Positions 48,636 through 61,407 of a DNA stretch of 64,000 nucleotides are shown piece after piece. This DNA is from Macrostomum lignano (Eukaryota), in contig NIVC01000067.1 of NCBI GenBank assembly GCA_002269645.1, positions 930,001-994,000 of the forward strand. The letters are read 5' to 3'. The notes under the pieces were generated by a model. The model was not told where the DNA came from. It saw only the letters and a program-made list of their open reading frames with translations, and did no database searches. The translations under genes were made by a program, and so were the position numbers. The first letter of the stretch is position 1. Every line of letters begins with the position of its first letter.

Positions 48636-49366
48636 TATAGTTGTATAATGTGTCATTTTGATCTTTTTCTCTTCTTTCTCTTTAGTAAGCCCAAAGTTGT
48701 AAGTGCTCACAAGTGCATGACATTAGCTGAACGCGTTTTGTTTCTTCCTGAATAAAGTCATGTGTTATAAAAATTTTGCATGCAGGTACTCTTAGGAGCT
48801 TTTCGACAGTTCTAGGAATTAGGCTAGGCTAGGATAGACGACGAGAAAACAATATGAAAGTTAAACTTTCACTACACAACCATATGTTGTAAAATACAAC
48901 CGAGTAACATGCAGTGAATGCTAAATTGAAAGAATGGTAATCTTCATTACCCCAGGTCAAATGCAATCATTGATTTTGTCCCAAGTTTTCTCCTATCTCC
49001 GCAGTGTATTTTTCAGGAAATTGACCTCCAAAAAATCACACGACCTTAGAGTTTTACCTCCTGTTATACTATTATGGTCCTTGATGTTGATATTCTACTG
49101 ATACTACTCAACACTACAGAATATGATCTCATAGTTTGTTGTTGAGGTAGTCTTTTACAGTATACTTTTGTTTATTTGATATTTCCCTTAAAAACCTGTT
49201 AAACAGATGTAAAAACTTCAACCTGTCTGCAAAAAGTATTTTTTTTAACTGTCAATCAGTAAGCTAGTACGAAGTGTCCTTTAAAGGCATGTTAAAATGT
49301 AAAAGGCATGTATACCCCAATTGCATGATTTTTAAGCCCCGTCAGCAAGCGGCACATTAATCTTAC

Positions 49367-49550
49367 CCCGGCCACTCTTCCGCTTGGCTCCTGAGTTGGT
49401 TCCGTTGCACCAGAGAAGAGCCATTTTATCCACGGGTCTGAATTCGTTCGTGTCGGCCTCTGGCTGGCGCTCATTGAACCCCATTGCGTTTAACATCTTC
49501 CTACAGCTGGGTGTGTAGGGGGTCAGGCAATCTTCCTTAACTCTTTCTTC
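49367..49550 (-). CDS. TTLL10: TTLL10-like internal exon
   Basis: Acceptor tttcag|GAA at 49550 and donor G|gtaaga at 49367 (phase 1, fits the next exon). CRKMLNAMGFNER..ALLWC resembles the TTLL N-terminal G(W/F)..LxW motif. Confidence 0.7.
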
Positions 49551-49559
49551 CTGAAAGAA

Positions 49560-50818
49560 GAGGAGGGGAGGAGAAAGAGGAAGGAGAGGAGGGAGAGGAG
49601 GGAGAGGAGGGAGAGGAGGGAGAGGAGGGAGAGGAGGAAGAGGAGTGAGAAGAAGGAGAGGAAGCAGAGGAAGGAGAGGAAGGAGAGGAAGGAGAGGAGG
49701 GAGAGGAAGGAGAGGAAGGAGAGGAGTGAGAGGAAGGAGAGGAAGGAGAGGAAGGAGAGGAAGGAGAGGAAGGAGAGGAAGGAGAGGAAGGAGAGGAGGG
49801 AGAGGAAGGAGAGGAGGGAGAGGAGGGAGAGGAAGGAGAGGAAGGAGAGGAGGAATAGGAGAAAGAGGAGAAAGAGGAAGGAGAGAAGGGAGAGGAGGGA
49901 GAGGAAGGAGAGGAAGGAGAGGAAGGAGAGGAGGGAGAGGAGGGAGAGGAGGGAGAGGAAGGAGAGGAGAAAGAGGAGGGAGAGGGAGAGGAAGGAGAGG
50001 AAGGAGAGGAGGGAGAGGAAGGAGAGGAAGGAGAGGAAGGAGAGGAAGGAGAGGAAGGAGAGGAAGGAGAGGAAGGAGAGGAAGGAGAGGAAGGAGAGGA
50101 AGGAGAGGAGGGAGAGGAGGAAGAGGAGGGAGAGGAGGGAGAGGAGGGAGAGGAGGAAGAGGAGGGAGAGGAGGGAGAGGAAGGAGAGGAAGGAGAGGAG
50201 GGAGAGGAAGGAGAGGAAGGAGAGGAAGGAGAGGAAGGAGAGGAGGGAGAGGAAGGAGAGGAAGGAGAGGAAGGAGAGGAAGGAGAGGAAGGAGAGGAGG
50301 CAGAGGAAGGAGAGGAGGAAGAGGAGGGAGAGGAAGGAGAGGAAGGAGAGGAGGGAGAGGAGGGAGAGGAAGGAGAGGAAGGAGAGGAGGGAGAGGAGGA
50401 GAGGAAGGAGAGGAAGGAGAGGAAGGAGAGGAGGCAGAGGAAGGAGAGGAAAGAGAGGAGGAAGAGGAGGGAGAGGAAGGAGAGGAGGAAGAGGAGGGAG
50501 AGGAGGAAGAGGAAGGAGAGGAAGGAGAGGAGTGAGAGGAAGGAGAGGAAGGAGAGGAAGGAGAGGAAGGAGAGGAAGGAGAGGAAGGAGAGGAAGGAGA
50601 GGAGGGAGAGGAAGGAGAGGAGGAGAGGAGGAGAGGAAGGAGAGGAAGGAGAGGAAGGAGAGGAAGGAGAGGAAGGAGAGGAGGAATAGGAGAAAGAGGA
50701 GAAAGAGGAAGGAGAGAAGGGAGAGGAGGGAGAGGAAGGAGAGGAAGGAGAGGAAGGAGAGGAGGGAGAGGAGGGAGAGGAGGGAGAGGAAGGAGAGGAG
50801 AAAGAGGAGGGAGAGGAG
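49560..50818. repeat. About 1.26-kb homopurine/homopyrimidine (GGAGAGGAA)n array
   Basis: Almost purely A/G on the + strand; source of the RGR and PLLP pseudo-ORFs. Confidence 0.97.
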
Positions 50819-50920
50819 ATATGACTAAGGGAGTTAAAAGTTTTCTCGTACGATTGATTTCAAATGAAATTTTACCTGCGGTTTGACCGTATACTATAGT
50901 AAAAATACAGCACAGCATGC

Positions 50921-51619
50921 TCACATTAATTCACCGTGAGAATAGAAAATAAAGTACTCCCCGCGCAGTGTGGTGTATCGTTCTCGAAACAGGCGGCCCA
51001 TTGTCTCGGCATCGTAGTTATCAGACAACAGACGTCGACGCGGCGCAGACGGCGTCGGAGCGGCCGTCAGTAGGTCAGCTGAGTCGGTGTGCATAACACT
51101 CGCGAGATTGGCCTCGCAGGTGCGAGCGTCAGCTGTCGCATTGGTGCACGAAACGGTGTCAATTGAAAGGTTGGATTCAGTTTCAACAAGGCCGATGGAG
51201 CCTTGAACGCAGACTCGATAGTCTCTGCGACCGTTTTTCAAGCGCATTCTTAGCTTGTCATCGACTGTCGCCGAGGATAAATACAGCAAATTGCGCTCAT
51301 CAACGGTGGCTGATACGCTCATCCGAGTTTTCTTGTTTTCCGTGCGATTGACTGTTATGTAGAAAGGCAACTGAGCCGAGCCGTCAACCGTGGCATCATC
51401 TCGACCTCTTGATCCAGCAGATTTCGACGAAAGCAGTGCAAGTAAAGCCTTGTAATTCGCTTGTACAAAACGACCCGCTGCGATGCTTAGCTTCCAATAG
51501 GCTTTCTTGCTGCAATTTACCAGTAAGAAGTATCGTAACTTGCCAACCATGTAGATTCTGTCGTTGCTTACTTGCATTTTGGTATCTTTGCGAATCATCT
51601 TGACCGACCAGCTGTGCAT
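50921..51619 (-). CDS. Unassigned 232-aa ORF, possibly an upstream exon of the TTLL gene or a separate gene
   Basis: Non-repetitive, relatively GC-rich open frame with no recognised domain. The splice junction to the 49550 exon was not resolved. Confidence 0.4.
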   Translation of the reverse strand: MHSWSVKMIRKDTKMQVSNDRIYMVGKLRYFLLVNCSKKAYWKLSIAAGRFVQANYKALLALLSSKSAGSRGRDDATVDGSAQLPFYITVNRTENKKTRMSVSATVDERNLLYLSSATVDDKLRMRLKNGRRDYRVCVQGSIGLVETESNLSIDTVSCTNATADARTCEANLASVMHTDSADLLTAAPTPSAPRRRLLSDNYDAETMGRLFRERYTTLRGEYFIFYSHGELM

Positions 51620-53485
51620 TTAGCGGATACTGACAAGTTAGTATGAGTTAATCGGTTGTACACGTGAGTATTTATGCATTTTGCATACCCTGAAAATCTC
51701 TATGGCCTAATTATTTCACACAAACGTCCAAGTTTAAATTAAAATTGCAAAAGAATTGTATTGAATTTGTCATGCAGTCTTGTGGTACCTGCGATCGGGT
51801 CGGTCCCCTGCTCCATAGTGACTATAGTTTATAGCATACTGCCAGGCGTTGGGACGCACAGAGTAAAATTTAACTGCATGTTTATACTCATGCAGTTGTC
51901 CAAGGGCAAAAACTTAGCCTGGCACCGTGTGGTGTCGGGAAGTTTAACGACGTACGTGTTTGATCTATACATGTATTATAATAGTAGGTACAGGTAAGCT
52001 GATGTAGCTACTGTATCGGTAGCTGAACATACAATTGTATACAAATGAGTACACGCCATTGGACCGCACTCCTGTATGGCCGCAGACTGCAGTTCTGTCG
52101 AACCCTGAAAGAAACAACACCAAGACAATGCAGATTAATGAACTATATTTCTACATGCATTGTAAATGCAGCGACGTGGCGTTTCATGCTTCCTAGAAAT
52201 ATTTTGGGAATTAAGATCTGATTGCAAAATACGTGCATAATAGCTACCAAAGTTTATTAAGCTCGTAATAAGTCCTTCGAGTTACTCGTATAGCTGTGCA
52301 AATTTTTACGCTTCCGTCCGGGGACCAAAGTGTAGATAGAATAAAATAGAGCAGAATAAAAATATTTTTCAAAGCAAAAATCCTGAAAAATGGGGTATAT
52401 TCACAATTTTACTGTTTTGAGGCCTAGAATTTAACTACTCGGGTCAAAAATTTGCCTCAATATAGCTCGATCGTCTATATATCTACACGTGTTTGAATGC
52501 TTAAATCGAAGTAAATAATGTGACCTTTTCAAAACTTGTATAAGCGCAATAAAGCTTGTTTTATTCTGCAGGACTTCTATGGATCGTTTTATTTCGTGAC
52601 TTTTTACACATGCATTACAATTAAAAATTTTAAGGCACCTCACCTAGTTTCCGGTAGATTCCCCAATCACGTGTTTAGCAATTCATATTACGACTTTGCG
52701 ATCGTTGTCACGGTATTTGTATTTTCTAAGAATCATTTTCATAAGCTGCCATCGAACTCCTAAGTGCTCAGTAAAAGTGCTCTGAAAATGTGATAGAATT
52801 ACTCATAGCTACTTCCTATGGCTATACCATACCCTATATTTTTTAGGCTACAGAAACTATTTACACTACTATACATAGGTATAGCTAGCTGCTATGCAAA
52901 TATGTATCATATTTTCAAAAGTCCAGCTTTACTTTTTCATTCTTTAGAGTCCCTATTTAAAAAAACTTTCTGATTGTTGAATAGTTGGGTTTTTGTTTTG
53001 CATCTTTGTTTCTTCATAATTTGGAATTGTATATATTCCAAGTTATTTTATATTCAATTAACTTCTAGAAAACAGCCCTAGTCCAGCTAGCGTAACCTTG
53101 TTAAAAGAGGGATATTTTTATGCCTTACTTAATTTTTGTCACTATCATTAATTATTACTTATTTATTATTTATACCTATATTATCGAGATTTTTAGATAT
53201 TTTAAACTTTACAAATGCTAAATAATAATTTAGAAATTTGGATTTATTTTTACCTATTGACTTAAGAAACTTTAAATCATATAGCCTTTCTAACAAAAAT
53301 TGTAACTATTTATTGCTTTTTTAAATCTAATTCTAGTTCTAAATCTAAAATCATATTCATTCTACCAGTTAGTCAATAATTTTATAATTTCTTCTTTTTA
53401 AAGGTTAAAGCACAAGGACTATCAAAATTTATTCACAAGGCAAATGAATCAAATCAAATGTCTTCCATGCTTTCAGTTGTCTCCA

Positions 53486-54061
53486 ATGCTTTCAACATCT
53501 GTGCCAGCAACTCATGCCAGTCTGCAGCAGCGCTCGCAGCAGCTGCAGCAGGAGAAGCAGCGCCTGATGCAGATGCTTGATGAGCGACTCACTGGTCTGT
53601 TAGACATCCTTGGCAACGACTCTGACAGCCAATCCCACCCAGTGCAGCAGCTGTCTCCATCGTCAGACGATTCGCCAAAGCAGTCAGCGGCAGCAGAAGC
53701 CAGCAAGGCTCGGCAGGATCTGCCAGAGAAAGAGTTCCGCCAGCGTTGCAGTCTGCTCACCGAATTATTCGAACTGTCCCATTTTCGCACCCTTCAAAAC
53801 GTATTTATTGCCTTGATGTCGCTCTACGGTTTGAGCACTCTGATCTGCGACACCATGGACGGCAAGTCCCTTGTTGACACCCTGTCGCTGCCGTTGCTGC
53901 GCTGGGCGTTCGGCCGTCTGCCCGATGCCATCGCAATCTGGATGGCGATGCACGCGGCGGTGCTGCTGGCAGCCTACCCAGCCTACCATCACTATGCCGC
54001 CGCGCCGCCTGCCTCCAGGCGCTGGCGACTCGCCTGGTTGGCTTCGTACATCGCTTTTCAG
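53486..54061 (+). CDS. SOAT1: Sterol O-acyltransferase (ACAT/SOAT, MBOAT family) first coding exon; the spliced CDS is about 495 aa
   Basis: Acceptor tttcag| at 53476 and ATG at 53486. Motifs: KEFRQRCSLLTELFELSHFRTLQNVFIAL and LLRWAFGRLP; donor CAG|gtgggt at 54061. The true start could lie in a further upstream exon. Confidence 0.85.
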
Positions 54062-54087
54062 GTGGGTCGTCTGTGTCGGATCCATGA

Positions 54088-55525
<1,438 letters not shown>

Positions 55526-55855
55526 TGTAACCTGTCCATACTTTTACTGCTGAGCAGCTCCGCTCCCAAACGATCTCGTAATAATCAAGTTTTTTTTGCA
55601 ACCAAACCGATGTGCTTTTGTTAATATATTATTGTAAATATTATAAAATATATTATTATCCTATTACAAACCTGGGCGTGGCACCGGTTTTGTTTTCGTC
55701 GTTGTAAGTGACCTTTAAAATGCTAGTTGCGCTACTGTGGGCAGTAGCGTATTCAGAAAATGCGCAATTAAAGCTTTTGGGAAAGTGCTTTGACGATACA
55801 AGCAAACTCTGCAATACTTTATTGTGAACTCTCCCACACTTGCAAAAAATTGCAG

Positions 55856-56085
55856 CTTGGCTTCCTCGTGCTGCCGCTGCGCTCCCTGCTCGCCGTCCAG
55901 CTGCCTCCGGCCTCCGCCATCATAGTGCTCACCGAACAGAGTCGCCTAATGATGAAGCTGCACGCGTTCGTGTGGGAGAGCGCCAGCCGGGGCGGACCAT
56001 GTCCGAGCTTTGGTCGCTTTCTCTACTTCCTGTTCGCGCCCACGCTGGTGTACAGGGATGCTTATCCGCAGGACAGGCCAACCAG
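55856..56085 (+). CDS. SOAT1: SOAT exon 2
   Basis: Acceptor ttgcag|CTT and donor AG|gtgaga. Motifs: LPPASAIIVLTEQSRLMMKLHAFVWE and FLYFLFAPTLVYRDAYP. Confidence 0.93.
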
Positions 56086-56284
56086 GTGAGATGGCTGTTT
56101 AAGATGCTGTGTACAGGATTCCGCAGCCAGCAGGAAGTTAACGCAAACCCCTATCAGGAAAATAAAAATCATAGTATGTCCTAGACAATGCATGACTCTA
56201 ACAGCCCGGCGCGGTCGTCAACTGCTGTTTTAATACACAAAAACATTTCTCTTCAGCTTCTGTCCAACAAATAATTATCCTGAT

Positions 56285-56565
56285 GTTTTTGGTGACCAGT
56301 CGTATTAACGACTCAGCAACTGTTGAAAAGGCTTTGATAATTCGTCAATAGTGCGACGTGACCATTCAATGGCTGCTTCTATCTCTTCGTCATCCATGGT
56401 GATGCCTTGCAATGTCCTAAGCCGCTGAAGGACTTATTTCAAACGGATGCTATGCTCTTCTAATGTCCTTCCCATCACAATGATATCATCGAGATAACGA
56501 GCCAGCTTCCCCTGTCAATCATTGCAGTACACTGTGCATTACATACTGGAAGGTCTTGAAGCAAT
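56285..56565 (-). mobile_element. Decayed Ty3/Gypsy pol (RT) fragment in SOAT intron 2
   Basis: The minus strand gives TFQYVMHSVLQ*, YLDDIIVMGRTLEEH..*VLQRLR (YLDD at 56496-56485), GITMD..IEAAIEW and RIIKAFSTVAESLIRL, with stops, shifts and a deletion. Confidence 0.75.
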
Positions 56566-56829
56566 GAAGAAAATTGTGACGCTTTTTTCGATCGACTCAA
56601 GACCATTTCAAACGAATGTTCTAACGAAATCAACAAAACAATCTGTTTCACGGAGAGGATTTAAAAAAATATCTGTTTTACGATCTACTTTTTAAGGCCC
56701 GATATTAGGAGTCTAATATGGGCCAGCTAACAAAGGTCTCATTATCATCAATTTGAATAGAATTCTTATTAAATGCCTGCTGTTGGGCTTCTATCACATT
56801 TATCCCATGTTTATGCCTATCCCGTCCAG

Positions 56830-57120
56830 GTGGCGCTACGTTGCCTCTAACCTGGGCCAGGTGGCCGGCTGCGCCCTGTTCGCCCACCTGCTGCTGGTCC
56901 GCTACTGCCTGCCTGTGTTCTCACACTGGCGCCGGCCCAGCCTCGCACACTTCATCCACACAGTGTTCCAGTCTGCTTTGCCGGGCGGCCTAGTCCTGCT
57001 ACTAGCCTTCTTTGCCGTGCTGCACTCCTGGTTGAATGCGTTCGCCGAGATGTTGCGCTTCGGCGATCGGCAGTTCTATCGCGACTGGTGGAATGTCACC
57101 TCGTTTCGCAGCTGGTACAG
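56830..57120 (+). CDS. SOAT1: SOAT exon 3
   Basis: Acceptor gtccag|G and donor AG|gtgaga. Motif: FFAVLHSWLNAFAEMLRFGDRQFYRDWWN. Confidence 0.95.
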
Positions 57121-57537
57121 GTGAGACAGCTGTTTGGCGGGTGTCAGTTATATCTCAGGTGAGACTGCTGTTTGGCGGGTGTCAATTATATCTCAGGTGA
57201 GACAGCTGTTTGGCGGGTGTCAGTTATATCTCAGGTGAGACTGCTGTTTGGCGGGTGTCAATTATATCTCAGGTGAGACAGCTGTTTGGCGGGTGTCAGT
57301 TATATCTCAGGTGAGACTGCTGTTTGGCGGGTGTCAATTATATCTGAGGTGAGACAGCTGTTTGGCGGGTGTCAATTATATCTCAGGTGAGACAGCTGTT
57401 TGGCGGGTGTCAATTATATCTCAGGTGAGACAGCTGTTTGGCGGGTGTCAATTATATCTGAGGTGAGACAGCTGTTTGGCGGGTGTCAGTTATATCTCAG
57501 GTGAGACAGCTGTTTGGCGGGTGTCAGTCAGTCTCAG
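57121..57537. repeat. 38-bp minisatellite starting exactly at the SOAT exon 3 donor
   Basis: 11 units GTGAGACAGCTGTTTGGCGGGTGTCAGTTATATCTCAG. Confidence 0.95.
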
Positions 57538-57608
57538 GTGTCAGGTGCTAGTACGAGCAGCTACTATCGCAACTATGAAGGCCAACTCTATGGCCCAACC
57601 CCCCGCAG

Positions 57609-57999
57609 AACCTGGAACACAGTAGTGCATGATTGGCTGTACGCCTACGTGTACAGAGAGCTGTGCCTCCGCTTCGGCAAGCGGTCCAGTTCCCTAGCAA
57701 CCGGCTGCGTGTTCCTGCTCTCCTCCCTATTTCATGAGTACATTTTGGCATTCAGCTTGGGCTTCTTCTTTCCGGCTCTGTTTGTCTTCTTCTGCGGCGC
57801 CGGGTTCGGTTTGATGTTCGCCAACGGGCGCTCCCGGTTCTGGTCCGTGTTCGTGTGGGCCAGCCTGTTCCTTGGCATGGGCGCTCTCATGTGCCTGTAC
57901 AGCATGGAGTGGTTCGCCAGAAGGAACTGCCCCACAGCCTATCCTGGTCGGCCCGTTCTGGACTTCCTGGTGCCGCGATCGTTCACGTGTCCCATGTGA
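57609..57999 (+). CDS. SOAT1: SOAT exon 4 (last), with the catalytic His
   Basis: Acceptor ccgcag|A. Motifs: TWNTVVHDWLYAYVY, LFHEYIL, YSMEWFARRNCP, LDFLVPRSFTC; stop at 57999. Confidence 0.95.
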
Positions 58000-58059
58000 C
58001 AGGGCTGCTCTGCGTGACTTTGATCCCAAATGTGTAGTTTGAAATCCCAAATCAGTAGC

Positions 58060-58985
58060 TTGAAATCCTTAATCTATAGAAATCCCCAATCAGTAGAAAT
58101 CCCCAATCAGTAGAAATCCCCAATCAGTAGAAACGCCAAATCAGTAGAAACCCCAAATCAGTAGAAATCCCCAATCAGTAGAAATCCTAAATCAGTAGAA
58201 ACCCCAAATCAGTAGAAACCCCAAATCAGTAGAAATCCCAAATCAGTAGAAACCCCAAATCAATAGAAATCCCAAATCAGTATAAATCCCCAATCAGTAG
58301 AAATCCCAAATCAGTAGAAACCCCAAATCAGTAGAAATCCTCAATCAGTAGAAGTCCCAAATCAGTAGAAATCCCAAATCAGTAGAAATCCCTAATCATA
58401 AGAAATCCCCAATCAGTAGAAATCCCCAACAATCAGAAATCCTCAATCGTTAGAAATGCCCAACAACTAGAAGTCCACAATCAGTAGAAATCCTCAATCA
58501 GTAGAAATCCCCAATCAGTAGAAATCCCCAATCAGTAGAAATCCTAAATCAGTAGAAACCCCAAATCAGTAGAAACCCCAAATCAGTAGAAATCCCAAAT
58601 CAGTATAAATCCCCAATCAGTAAAAAACCCAAATCAGTAGAAATCCCCAATCAGTAGAAATCCCAAATCAGTAGAAATCCCAAATCAGTAGAAACCCCAA
58701 ATCAGTAGAAATCCCAAATCAGTAGAAATCCCAAATCAGTAAAAACCCCAAATCAGTAGAAATCCCTAATCATAAGAAATCCCCAATCAGTAGAAATCCC
58801 CAACAATCAGAAATCCTCAATCGTTAGAAATCCCCAACAACTAGAAGTCCACAATCAGTAGAAATCCTCAATCAGTAGAAATCCCCAACAACCAGAAATC
58901 CACAATCAGTAGAAATACTCAATCAGTAGAAATTTCTAACAACTAGTCTAGAAATCCATAATCATTAGAAATCCCCAATCAGTAA
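58060..58985. repeat. 17-bp minisatellite AATCAGTAGAAATCCCC
   Basis: About 54 degenerate units immediately after the SOAT stop. Confidence 0.95.
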
Positions 58986-59703
58986 AAATGCCAATAATTG
59001 GAAATCGCAAATCTGTGAATTGAAGAATCGCATTATTATATCTAATTATTTGCTACCGATTTACTAATTTCAATTACTATTTTATAGCTAATTAATTGAG
59101 TTATTTTTCTTAAACTAGATAATTATATACCAATGTGCTTATTTGTCTACTCTTAAAGTAGCTGGCAGTAGTAGATAGTATTCGTTTCTGTTGGCTCTTG
59201 CCATGAGTTTTTGTATTGTCTACATGTCGGTATTGTGTTGTATTAATTCGTATAGTCCCTCTGTGCGAACTTATCACGCAATCAGAAGTATTTTATTGAT
59301 TTACACTCAATAATTCAATATTTTATTGTCATTTCTTAACACTCCTTCAATTCCAAAAATGACATATCTACCGCTATACTATTGATAAGAATAACTTGAA
59401 GTCACTAGCAAAAATGTGGTTATCTACATTTTTTCAGTAGTAAAATGAGCGTTTTTTGCCTTTTAGGCTCAACAATTGCCTTGGCTTTCTACAAGCAGAC
59501 CCATTAAAGTTGCATCTTCATCTCGTTTTACCGACTTTTCAGACTGCCTCAGACTCGAAATTATTCAGAAAAAATTGCAGGAAAACTTCAAAACCCTAAA
59601 TCCAGTGCGTGTGCGTAGCGATCAAGAGAAAAGGGGTGGCGCCCCAGCCCTAAGCCAGGCCGATAAACAGTTTGGCTTTTTTATTCCCCTTGCCCGCTTA
59701 TGT

Positions 59704-59995
59704 CTAACTTTGACCTCTCTCCCTACTGCTCTCTCATTGGCTGAGCAAGATTGGGCCTGCCCCTAGACTGAGTTTCGTCCGCCTAACTTTGACCTCTCTC
59801 CCTACTGCTCTCTCATTGGCTGAGCAAGATTGGGCCTGCCCCTAGACTGAGTTTCGTCCGCCTAACTTTGACCTCTCTCCCTACTGCTCTCTCATTGGCT
59901 GAGCAAGATTGGGCCTGCCCCTAGACTGAGTTTCGTCCGCCTAACTTTGACCTCTCTCCCTACTGCTCTCTCATTGGCTGAGCAAGATTGGGCAT
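59704..59995. repeat. 79-bp tandem repeat (3.7 copies)
   Basis: Units start at 59704, 59783, 59862 and 59941; each contains two ATTGG. Confidence 0.92.
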
Positions 59996-60822
59996 TGAGT
60001 TTCGTCCGTCTTGCGTTGTGTACATCACAACGTCATCACATTCACTTGTGTACATCAAGTTAAATGCTTGTTCATTCTTAACCCCGTATGCTCATGAGGC
60101 CGCAAACTCCGATCCGAGTAAAAGTAAAGTAAATTTTAACTGCCACATTAAATTTAAGTGACACAGTGTAGAAAAACTACTGAATAAAGAGTAGATACAA
60201 CTTTTTTCAACCTTTCATTGCGAGTAACATCTCTAGTTACTCTGTCTGTGACGTGGACTGTATTATACTATACAATAAAGCGACATTAGTAATGCTAATT
60301 GTATTTGCAAATTTTAATATGTTAATTCTTTCAACTTTTGAATTGCCTTTTTTTAAAACTTTTGCAAGAAGTTTTGCTAAGCCTCTTTATTTCGAATACC
60401 AAATAATTTATGATTATTAAGATTAATCGTATTATACTACGAGTTTTTTCTTTTTCTAGGTAAGGGAGACTTAATAACAATTTAATTTTTTCTAAGCGTA
60501 AAGCTCAATTAGCCCTTATTGTCAGGAGTAAACTGTACAATTGTACTCATTAACCCTGCTGAAGCAAAAAATAGCAACAAAAAATTAAAGCCAAAAAGAC
60601 AGCCAGCCTTCTCCGAGTTGACAATTCACGGCCAGCTGTATTTCTAGCGCGCATATTTAGTCTGTATATTTAGTTCGATAGATGAAGCTGCTGCACTGGT
60701 CCGTTGAAATTCAGACAGTCTTTGTCGAGCTTCCAGGCAACAGGAATGAGCCGTGGGAAAGGTCAGTTAAAGGTCACTTGAAGCCTTGGGGGGGACTCAG
60801 ATTCGGTTTCTGTGTTTTCACC

Positions 60823-61404
60823 TTATTTGCCCCAGCCAGGGGCGGAAGCACGCTTACCCCATCCGGGAGCGCGCTTACCCCATCCGGGAGCGCGCTTACC
60901 CCATCCGGGAGCGCGCTTACCCCATCCGGGAGCGCGCTTACCCCATCCGGGAGCGCGCTTACCCCATCCGGGAGCGCGCTTACCCCATCCGGGAGCGCGC
61001 TTACCCCATCCGGGAGCGCGCTTACCCCATCCGGGAGCGCGCTTACCCCATCCGGGAGCGCGCTTACCCCATCCGGGAGCGCGCTTACCCCATCCGGGAG
61101 CGCGCTTACCCCATCCGGGAGCGCGCTTACCCCATCCGGGAGCGCGCTTACCCCATCCGGGAGCGCGCTTACCCCAACCGGGAGCGCGCTTACCCCAACC
61201 GGGAGCGCGCTTATCCCAGTAGGCAGCATCGCTATCATCCTCAACGGCATCATCTTCGTCCATCGACTTGTCGGCTATCATGGATTCCAAGTCGTCGTCG
61301 AGTTTGCGTTCTTGATCTGGATTCTCGGCGCCAGCGGCTGCAACAAAGACAGCGACCGAGACAATCAGCAATAGCAGCAATCGACTGGTTGCAAAGGCCG
61401 TCAT
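60823..61404 (-). CDS. APGWamide neuropeptide precursor (193 aa)
   Basis: ATG at 61404, 3 nt after acceptor cttcag|. Signal peptide MTAFATSRLLLLLIVSVAVFVAAAGA, an acidic spacer, KR, then 17x APGW-G-KR and a terminal ASAPGW-G-K-stop. Confidence 0.93.
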   Translation of the reverse strand: MTAFATSRLLLLLIVSVAVFVAAAGAENPDQERKLDDDLESMIADKSMDEDDAVEDDSDAAYWDKRAPGWGKRAPGWGKRAPGWGKRAPGWGKRAPGWGKRAPGWGKRAPGWGKRAPGWGKRAPGWGKRAPGWGKRAPGWGKRAPGWGKRAPGWGKRAPGWGKRAPGWGKRAPGWGKRAPGWGKRASAPGWGK

Positions 61405-61407
61405 TGT

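Noticed and set aside
49645-50828. Protamine-like RGRRG ORF and proline-rich antisense ORF
   Set aside because: These are translations of the (GGAGAGGAA)n intronic array.
59704-59995. GGACGAAAC-TCA-GTC on the minus strand as a satellite hammerhead ribozyme
   Set aside because: The GAAAC half is present, but there is no CUGANGA core or matching stem II upstream.
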